From: Candidatus Parcubacteria bacterium
Lineage (GTDB): Bacteria > Patescibacteriota > Patescibacteriia > CAIXNZ01
Length of the DNA stretch: 64,000 bases
Direction: 5' to 3'
Assembly (NCBI GenBank): GCA_026395685.1
Contig: JAPLYG010000006.1
Coordinates: 4,943 to 68,942, forward strand
Position numbers and translations under genes: made by a program. How positions within the stretch are numbered: the stretch's first letter is position 1; the number at the start of each line of letters is the position of its first letter. Positions 57,270 to 64,000 of this stretch are shown in pieces. The notes under the pieces were generated by a model. The model searched no databases. It saw nothing but the letters and a program-made list of their open reading frames with translations, and was not told the origin of the DNA.

Positions 57270-57497
57270 TTAAGGGAGAGTAATAATTTGCATCCAATCA
57301 AGGGGTGCAGCCAGCTTATAAGTAATAAAGAGAATTAAAACAGTAAGTCCCAAAAATAAAAAGGTGACTAAAAAGCTATAAAAACTTAGAAATCCGAAGC
57401 CGAATAAATGGTAAAGATTAAAAAAAACAAAGACTATAAAAAGGATGACTACAAGAGCAAAGGGGATTAAAATTATATAAAGGGGAAATTCGATCAT
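57270..57497 (-). CDS. Small membrane protein
   Basis: Two TM helices; FNLYHL..FG. Confidence 0.6.
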   Translation of the reverse strand: MIEFPLYIILIPFALVVILFIVFVFFNLYHLFGFGFLSFYSFLVTFLFLGLTVLILFITYKLAAPLDWMQIITLP

Positions 57498-57498
57498 A

Positions 57499-57615
57499 GG
57501 GTTATAGGAATGAAAGGTAGAATAGGAAGAATATGATTATAGGATTAGAGGACAAAAGGATTCTTATTATCCTATCCTCCTTTATTCCTTTGCTACCTAT
57601 TCTTCGTATAATTCC
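57499..57615. repeat. Inverted ~9-bp-period ATAGGA/TCCTAT repeat element
   Basis: ataggaatg..ataggaaga..ataggatta versus tcctat..tccttt..acctat. Confidence 0.55.
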
Positions 57616-57617
57616 TT

Positions 57618-58649
57618 TTAAATTAATGAATTTTGTGGGTCAATTGCGGGTTTAATTCCCAAGTGTTCATATCCCAGCTTAGTGACAGTACGACCGCGGG
57701 GTGTTCGTGACAGGAAACCCAACTGCATTAAAAATGGTTCATAAATATCTTCAATCGTCTCCATTTCTTCGCCGATGGCGGCTGCCAGAGTGCTTAAGCC
57801 GACTGGGCCCCCGGAAAATTTTTCAATAATCAGCTGCAATATTTTCCGGTCAATTTCATCCAAGCCAAGCTGATCAATATCCAATTTTGTCAAAGCATCA
57901 TTCGCCAGCTCTAAATTAATTTTACCATTTCCTTTGACTTGCGCAAAGTCGCGTACGCGTTTAAGCAAACGGTTAGCCACGCGCGGTGTCTTTCTGGCGC
58001 GCTTGGCAATCTGTCCTGAAGCTTGATCATCAATTTCAATATCCAAGATTTTGGCATTACGCTTAATAATTTTTTCAATATCCTCATCATTATAAAAATC
58101 CAAGCGGAAATTTACGCCAAAGCGGTCGCGCAAGGGGGCGGAAATCAAACTTACGCGTGTAGTTGCGCCAATCAGTGTAAATTTCGGAAGATCCAATCGT
58201 AATGTTCGGGCGCTGGGCCCTTTACCAATCACGATGTCCAAAGCAAAATCTTCCATGGCCGGATAAAGCACTTCTTCAATGATTTTATTTAAGCGGTGGA
58301 TTTCATCAATGAATAAAATGTCGCCGTTAGCCAGATTGGTTAAAATCGCGGCCAAGTCACCGGTTTTTTCTATGGCCGGCCCAGAGGTGATTTTAATGTT
58401 AGAACCCATTTCATTGGCAATGATATGAGCGAGGGTTGTTTTACCCAAGCCGGGACAGCCGTGAAGCAATACATGTTCAATCGGCTCATTGCGTTTTTTG
58501 GCGGCAGCCATAAAAATCATCAAATTATCTTTGACTTTGTTTTGTCCGATATAATCCGCCAGTTTCTTGGGTCGCAATGATTTTTCAAAATCAACTTCGT
58601 CGGCCGATTCTTTGGCGGAGATAATGCGGTTTTTGTCGTCTTGGGGCAT
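57618..58649 (-). CDS. ruvB: Holliday junction helicase RuvB
   Basis: [40 protein letters not shown]. Confidence 0.97.
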   Translation of the reverse strand: MPQDDKNRIISAKESADEVDFEKSLRPKKLADYIGQNKVKDNLMIFMAAAKKRNEPIEHVLLHGCPGLGKTTLAHIIANEMGSNIKITSGPAIEKTGDLAAILTNLANGDILFIDEIHRLNKIIEEVLYPAMEDFALDIVIGKGPSARTLRLDLPKFTLIGATTRVSLISAPLRDRFGVNFRLDFYNDEDIEKIIKRNAKILDIEIDDQASGQIAKRARKTPRVANRLLKRVRDFAQVKGNGKINLELANDALTKLDIDQLGLDEIDRKILQLIIEKFSGGPVGLSTLAAAIGEEMETIEDIYEPFLMQLGFLSRTPRGRTVTKLGYEHLGIKPAIDPQNSLI

Positions 58650-58819
58650 AAGCTTAAGGTTATTTTAGCTATTATTGCTAAATAAAACAAGCCCTTGATT
58701 TTTTTCAGGACTTACTGTAAAATGGATATAAATAAAGGAAAAGATAGTTCTTTTCCTTTTAAGTTCAAAAAATTTTATTTAATTGATGATTGGTTATTGT
58801 TGATTGATAATTATTACAA

Positions 58820-58893
58820 GCGGGTGTAGTTCAGTTGGCTAGAACGTTTCCTTGCCAAGGAAAAGGTCGCCGGTTCGAATCCGGTCACCCGCT
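58820..58893 (+). tRNA. tRNA-Gly (GCC)
   Basis: Cloverleaf GCGGGTG/CACCCGC; anticodon arm TTTCC-TTGCCAA-GGAAA; GGTTCGAATCC; CCA not encoded. Confidence 0.95.
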
Positions 58894-58946
58894 CATTTTC
58901 AATCTCGTGAACGATTAGGCCGTGGCCCGTCGCTCGCGAGCGACGG

Positions 58947-59033
58947 GCCGGGGTGGTGAAATTGGTATACACGAAGGACTTAAAATCCTTTGATAGCAAT
59001 GTCGTGCGGGTTCGAGTCCCGCCCTCGGCACCA
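58947..59033 (+). tRNA. tRNA-Leu (TAA)
   Basis: GCCGGGG/CCTCGGC acceptor; AAGGA-CTTAAAA-TCCTT; long variable arm; ends ACCA. Confidence 0.95.
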
Positions 59034-59192
59034 TTTCTCGTTTTTGAGGAAGAAGCTGTTCCTTTACTTATATAAAGCAAGAAAGCTTCCCGCATCGCGG
59101 GGGGCTTTTTTGTTTGTTTATCAATAATTTTTGCCAAAGTTACTTTTATTGATTATAATAGCTACACAGTTAAATATTTAAAAATTCTACTT

Positions 59193-59939
59193 ATGATTGC
59201 CCTACTGTACGCCTTAATTTCAGCATTTATCGTCAGCCTGATCGGCCTGGCAGTTTTTTTCGCCTTATATTTGCAGGATAAATTTCTGAAAAAAACCTTG
59301 ATATACCTGGTCAGTTTTTCAGCCGGTGGTTTGATGGGGGGCGCTTTTTTCCATTTATTGCCGGAAAGCCTAGAACAGGTCCCTAATCCCCTGGTAGTTT
59401 TTATTTTTTTGCTGGTAGGCTTTTGTGCTTTTTTTATTTTGGAAAAATTTTTACGCTGGCATCACTGCCATAATAAGGAATGTCATAGCCATGCTCATTT
59501 GGGTTATTTAAATTTAATCGGAGATTCGGTCCACAATCTAATTGACGGCATTATTATTGCTTCAACTTATGTAGTGAGCATCCCCTTGGGAATTGTTACG
59601 ACTATTTCTATTATATCTCATGAAATACCTCAGGAGCTGGGAGATTTTGGAGTTTTGCTTTATTCCGGCATGACCAAGAAAAAAGCCATGTTATATAATT
59701 TTATGGTGGCTTTACTTGCCGTGGTCGGAGTTTTTATCGGTTATTTTTTAACAATTTATATCCACGGCATTACCGGATTTTTAATACCTGCCGCAGCCGG
59801 CGGGTTTATCTATATTGCCGCCACTGATTTGATTCCTGAATTACAGGAAGAAATTAATGCCAAAAGTTCAGTTAAACATTTCGGCGTCTTTATTTTGGCC
59901 TTAGTTTTTATGTATTTTGTAAAAATATTAGGCGAATAG
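59193..59939 (+). CDS. ZIP family metal transporter
   Basis: FFHLLPE, HHCH, GDSVHNLIDG, HEIPQELGDF. Confidence 0.93.
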   Translation: MIALLYALISAFIVSLIGLAVFFALYLQDKFLKKTLIYLVSFSAGGLMGGAFFHLLPESLEQVPNPLVVFIFLLVGFCAFFILEKFLRWHHCHNKECHSHAHLGYLNLIGDSVHNLIDGIIIASTYVVSIPLGIVTTISIISHEIPQELGDFGVLLYSGMTKKKAMLYNFMVALLAVVGVFIGYFLTIYIHGITGFLIPAAAGGFIYIAATDLIPELQEEINAKSSVKHFGVFILALVFMYFVKILGE

Positions 59940-60016
59940 CTTGACAGTATTTCATAAGTCTGCTAAAATGTTTTTGTTGTTTAGCAGAGTTAACTTTTCA
60001 CATTTAGGGGGAAACA

Positions 60017-60244
60017 ATGTCTCAGTGCCAGTACAATATTGATCCGGATCAACTTTTGGCAGTTATGGAGGAGGTAGAAACACAAATTCGTCAAAGTGAC
60101 ATCAGCCAAACGGATAAAGTCAGTCTTTATCTCCAGCTAAGTTTACTTTATGGATTAATGGGGGATAAAGATCAGCAAGAATCTGCCCGGTTACAGGCAC
60201 AAAAGCTATCTTCAGGAATTCAAGTTCTTGAAGACAGGGCATAA
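60017..60244 (+). CDS. Small helical (TPR-like) hypothetical protein
   Basis: Promoter TTGACA(59941)-N17-TAAAAT; AGGGGG SD; terminator follows. Confidence 0.55.
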   Translation: MSQCQYNIDPDQLLAVMEEVETQIRQSDISQTDKVSLYLQLSLLYGLMGDKDQQESARLQAQKLSSGIQVLEDRA

Positions 60245-60357
60245 TGCTTACAAATAGGTAGCTTTTTTTGTTTTCAGCGACCTGCCACGTTTATCGGGTG
60301 GGTCTTTTTTTTTGAAAAAAAAGCCACCCGGGAAAGGGGTGGCTGGTGGAGGTCCGC

Positions 60358-60588
60358 TTATTGTGGCGGCTTCCATCCTTTTGGCACTTTGAAGTACACA
60401 TCTGTTCCGGACCGCATGATCATATCGCCCATCAAGACGCTGACCATGGCGGTTTTGGAGCGGTCGGACAGTGGAAGAATAGAGACTTCTTCGAAGATTA
60501 CCTCGAGGACATCACCGAGCAGGGCAACCATGCCCTTTGTGTTTTGTCCTGCGGATCCTCCCATGTTATTCGTTGGCTGTGTTTGCAT
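60358..60588 (-). CDS. Small GC-rich orphan protein
   Basis: AAGGGAG SD; upstream TTGACA promoter; downstream gccaccc hairpin plus T-run. Confidence 0.55.
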   Translation of the reverse strand: MQTQPTNNMGGSAGQNTKGMVALLGDVLEVIFEEVSILPLSDRSKTAMVSVLMGDMIMRSGTDVYFKVPKGWKPPQ

Positions 60589-60714
60589 GATTGTTCTCCC
60601 TTATTTCAAGAATTTCAGTTTAAATCAGTACATATAAATATAGCATAATTTAATAAGTCTGTCAATAACAAAAACCTTCCGGTGGGAATAGGAAGGTTTT
60701 GTTTTTTTGCATTA

Positions 60715-61101
60715 TTATGCCTGTTTTGCCGGCACATTGGCAGGATTAGTTGCCTTTAACCAGCCACCCAGCATTTTGCCTAAGCTATCAAGACTTTCGT
60801 GAATTTCTCCGTATTTATTATCAGATAACTGTTTTACATCTTTAGCCATATCAGCAAAGACTTTTAGGGTATCAAGTTTGCGCATCGCTTGTTTTAAGGT
60901 GCCAAACTTGTCTGTTTTGCTCTGTCTGGTGGCAATAACTATTAATTCCAATATTTCCAAAACCGTGATTTCAGAGCTTTTTCTTAAGGTATTATCTTCG
61001 CTTTTAGCCATATCTGCGCACTGCTGATATAGATTGTAAGAACGATCTAAAATAGGGAATTTTTCTGAAAAATTGTCTAAAATGTCTTTTGATTTTTGCA
61101 T
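60715..61101 (-). CDS. Avd-like (DGR accessory protein type) four-helix bundle protein
   Basis: PIL.RSYNLY...LEILELI..A...KLDTLKVF...Y...L..LGKMLGGWLK. Confidence 0.75.
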   Translation of the reverse strand: MQKSKDILDNFSEKFPILDRSYNLYQQCADMAKSEDNTLRKSSEITVLEILELIVIATRQSKTDKFGTLKQAMRKLDTLKVFADMAKDVKQLSDNKYGEIHESLDSLGKMLGGWLKATNPANVPAKQA

Positions 61102-61289
61102 ATAAGTTTAAGATTATTTATTTAATTTTTGCTTACAATTAGCCAAGATATTAAATTTTCAAGGTGCATATACAAGAGTTTATTGGGCCCTACTCTTGAC
61201 AAAATGTTATATATGTGTTAAACTATGTAATTAGGCAAAAAGGTTAAAATTTCTAACAAAACACTTCTTTGACCAGGAGGTAGATAATC

Positions 61290-61481
61290 ATGTCCAAACA
61301 GAGGGAACGATTTTTCCAGGCTTTCAATTGTCTCCCGAGCATCGTACGCAGTAATGCGTACCCGGACGCGGACTTGCTGGTGGAAAGAGGAATTAACTGC
61401 CTCTCGTCCAACGCCAGCTCGGAGGACTATTTAAAATTCTTCGAGCTCTACGACCAGGCCCCTGCCCAGCTTCGGGCATAA
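61290..61481 (+). CDS. Small GC-rich orphan protein
   Basis: AGGAGG SD; TTGACA promoter at ~61196; terminator at ~61527-61558. Confidence 0.55.
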   Translation: MSKQRERFFQAFNCLPSIVRSNAYPDADLLVERGINCLSSNASSEDYLKFFELYDQAPAQLRA

Positions 61482-61597
61482 GCCTCAACCCGCCTTTACC
61501 CCCGCCTAATAACAGCGCCAGCTGGGCCCCGACTTTCAATAGCCGGGGTTTTTCTTTTAGTTGAAAGTTCAAAGTTCAAAATTTAAAGTTATTTCCG

Positions 61598-62100
61598 TAA
61601 TAATCAATAATCAAACATCAATCATCAAACAAATTCTAATAATAAATATCTAATAATCAAATTTTTGTAATTTTGTTCTTTTCAATTATGGAAGTAAATA
61701 TTTTTATCAATTGGGTGGACTCATCGATCAAATTATTTTGTTCAGATTCTATACCGCAGACATTGCCGGTTTCAATTAATTTTAACCATAGACGGCTTTC
61801 CTTTACTTCTTTGCGGCAAATTTTAAGTCTGTGTACAAAATCCTTTTTACTTAAAGCTTCATTAGCTTCAATATAATTAGCTGCTGTTGAGCCCGAGGAT
61901 CTTATTAATTGCTTAGCATATTCCCAGTAGGATAAAGTTTTAGGAATTATTTTAGTAAAATTTCTGCATTTAATAGTAAATTGATAAGTTCTATCTTCTA
62001 AATCAAATGGTCTTAGCTCTTTCATGGATGTATTTAGTTGGAAATTAGAATTTTAAGATTAGTTATTGTTTGAATATTGATTATTGATGATTGGTGATTT
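61598..62100 (-). mobile_element. Four-helix-bundle gene enclosed by inverted AATCAAT-type heptamer arms
   Basis: aataatcaataatcaaacatcaatcatcaaacaa ... ttgtttgaatattgattattgatgattggtgatt. Confidence 0.6.
61657..62025 (-). CDS. Four helix bundle protein (23S rRNA IVS protein family)
   Basis: FDLEDRTYQF...QLIRSSGSTAANYIEANEALSKKDFVHRLKICRKEVKESRLWL. Confidence 0.92.
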   Translation of the reverse strand: MKELRPFDLEDRTYQFTIKCRNFTKIIPKTLSYWEYAKQLIRSSGSTAANYIEANEALSKKDFVHRLKICRKEVKESRLWLKLIETGNVCGIESEQNNLIDESTQLIKIFTSIIEKNKITKI

Positions 62101-62114
62101 TATACTAGTTTATA

Positions 62115-64000
62115 TTAACTCAATTTTCTACTAAGTCCTTCGAGCTTAAGGTTTACTTTATGTCGCCAAATCACTATTAGGCCTATTACGAGAATAAGGG
62201 CGGTCGTTATCAAATATTTCAAAATATTATTCGTTTGCGGTTGCGTTGGTAAATTAGTCGTGGTTTGTTCATTCGGAATAATATTTTTAACCATATCTTC
62301 ATCAACGCGGGGAAGTATCTGAAACACGCCGTTATATTTTCTCAAAATGCCGGTAACCGACAAATTGTCGCCTTCCTGATAATTTGTCTTTTTTATTTTG
62401 GTTAGGGTATTTATATAAATTTCAGCTTCACCTGTTTCGTCCTGGATGTAAAATTTAGAAATATTTTTTTCAATTAGCTGGCCTGTAATTTTTACCAGGT
62501 AATCAATCAACGAATCATTTAGTTCTTCAATTTTAATTTCTTGCGGTTGAGGCGGATCTTTGCTTTCGAGCACTTTTATTTGTCCCGGGTCTGTTAAAGC
62601 AATGCGTTTGTTTCCCTGGCTTTCACTGATTTTGCCTTGTACCTCCACCACGTCGCCGATTTTTAAATTTGGCCATTTGGCTGCGGACATATAGAGCTGA
62701 GCACCTGAGCCAGCTAAATACATAATTGTTTTGCCAAAAGTATTGGGTAGGGCGGCAACTGTTCCTGTTGATTTGATTAATGTTCCGGCTTCATAATTTT
62801 TAAAATCAGACAGCTTGATGTTGGTGATAGTGCTGGTTGATTTGCTTGTAGCTTTTTTGGCAGTAGTTGTTTTTTTGGTTGTAGTACTTTTGGCAATTGT
62901 TATTGGGGGAGTTGCAGTCTCAGCCGTTTTTGGTTCAGTTATTTTAATTTTTACTTTTTGGGTACTGGAAAGTTTTTGGTCGCTTAGAGTCAGCGCAAGT
63001 TCATAGGTGCCACTTTTATTAAATTGATAGGAAGCAATCGGCCCCGTAAAAGTTTGTTTATCAATTTCCCAGGTAAAGGAGAGTGCATCATTTTCCAAAT
63101 CATATGAATCAGATGCATCACAGTTAATCAATTCGTTGAGCAGTGCTGTCTTGGGGCAGTTGATATCAATCTCAGGTGCGTGGTTTAGCAAATTAATTAC
63201 ATTATTTTCATTTGGCGTCAGAGTCGTTGTCCAATACCAGTTAGACTCGCTATCAATTGCATAGCTGCTATTGGTATTTAAGATAGGATCCTCCTGATAT
63301 TTTATTGTGGCAATTGTTTTATCGCCAGAGGAAATCAGCTTAACTGTATCTTTATCATTATCAAGTGCCAGGCCGCTTAGTTTGCGGTTAATGGTAAAAT
63401 ATTGGCCGGGATTAATAATTGTTGAGGGAAAATCTCGGGCTGAAATAATATATACTTTTTTGCCAATATCTTTAATTTTCCAATTAGCCAGATTAATGGG
63501 CAGAAGACCGGTATTTTTTAATTCAATAAATTCAGCTTCCAAATCACTGCCCGATGGGTTAGGAAAAATTTCCGTAATAATAATATCCTTTTCACTGCTT
63601 TTTGGCTCCTCCTCTTGTTCTAATGTTTGAGTAATTATTATTGACGCAACATTTGCAGGTGGTAATGGGGTAATTAGATTTTCAGCGCCTTTAGTCGGCG
63701 TTTGCGTGACTACGAATTGGTTAGTATCTATTTGCCGGGCGGTAGAATTCGGATCATCGGCAGCCGGTGCTTTGGCGACTCCTGCCGGCGCTTGCCAGTC
63801 ACCATAATAGACAAGATCAATTTCTTCGCCCGACGAATTTTGCAGGATAATTATATCCCCGTTATTGTTTAATTTACCTTTGGGATTTTCCAGAACAAAA
63901 TAGGCTGTTGCTTCAATTTCTCCGCTTAAAACAGAGGTGGTATTTGAGCCGTCTAAAATTTTCCAGTCAGTCAGATCAATTTTAAAATTATTTTTATTGT
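62115..64000 (-). CDS. Surface protein with lamin-tail domains, PKD and OB-fold domains and a C-terminal TM helix (5' end beyond the window)
   Basis: Frame is open to the window end; ITEIFPNPSGSDLEAEFIEL, IDLTDWKI, DASDSYD, FYIQDETG. Confidence 0.8.
   Translation of the reverse strand, partial: NKNNFKIDLTDWKILDGSNTTSVLSGEIEATAYFVLENPKGKLNNNGDIIILQNSSGEEIDLVYYGDWQAPAGVAKAPAADDPNSTARQIDTNQFVVTQTPTKGAENLITPLPPANVASIIITQTLEQEEEPKSSEKDIIITEIFPNPSGSDLEAEFIELKNTGLLPINLANWKIKDIGKKVYIISARDFPSTIINPGQYFTINRKLSGLALDNDKDTVKLISSGDKTIATIKYQEDPILNTNSSYAIDSESNWYWTTTLTPNENNVINLLNHAPEIDINCPKTALLNELINCDASDSYDLENDALSFTWEIDKQTFTGPIASYQFNKSGTYELALTLSDQKLSSTQKVKIKITEPKTAETATPPITIAKSTTTKKTTTAKKATSKSTSTITNIKLSDFKNYEAGTLIKSTGTVAALPNTFGKTIMYLAGSGAQLYMSAAKWPNLKIGDVVEVQGKISESQGNKRIALTDPGQIKVLESKDPPQPQEIKIEELNDSLIDYLVKITGQLIEKNISKFYIQDETGEAEIYINTLTKIKKTNYQEGDNLSVTGILRKYNGVFQILPRVDEDMVKNIIPNEQTTTNLPTQPQTNNILKYLITTALILVIGLIVIWRHKVNLKLEGLSRKLS

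Noticed and set aside
58814-59137. 107-aa minus-strand ORF
   Set aside because: It is the antisense of two tRNA genes.
1-64000. Alternative genetic code (UGA=Gly), prophage, IS transposases or rRNA
   Set aside because: Conserved genes are full length under code 11, with TGA used as a stop (e.g. rnpA, yebC); no phage structural, integrase, transposase or rRNA sequence was recognised.

Overview
AT-rich bacterial chromosome segment spanning the replication origin (yidD-rnpA-rpmH <- -> dnaA-oriC-dnaN). Gene content suggests Patescibacteria/CPR (inference): a tandem array of nine VirB2/T4SS-type pilin-like genes, an FG-GAP surface protein, mostly Shine-Dalgarno-less core genes and many orphans. 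Standard code 11 is used. Core genes include khpA (partial), rpsP, tig, tsaC, PBP1A, ruvC, yebC, ruvB, galU, a flippase, SpoIID, a ZIP transporter, tRNA-Gly(GCC) and tRNA-Leu(TAA). The unusual signal is intergenic. (1) At 27.4-29.4 kb, three unrelated genes under one TrmB-adjacent promoter are each followed by the same ~88-nt double-hairpin plus boxA-like element, an integron-like cassette architecture with no integrase in view; one cassette encodes a beta-barrel-like protein. (2) Three four-helix-bundle (23S rRNA intervening-sequence protein family) genes are each enclosed by inverted heptamer-repeat arms, and empty copies of one arm type occur elsewhere. (3) Several other dispersed palindrome families are present, one flanking a GIY-YIG nuclease. 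(4) A class of stand-alone, often GC-richer orphan genes carries strong SD motifs, promoters and terminators. All annotations come from reading the sequence and recalling family motifs; no database search was run.
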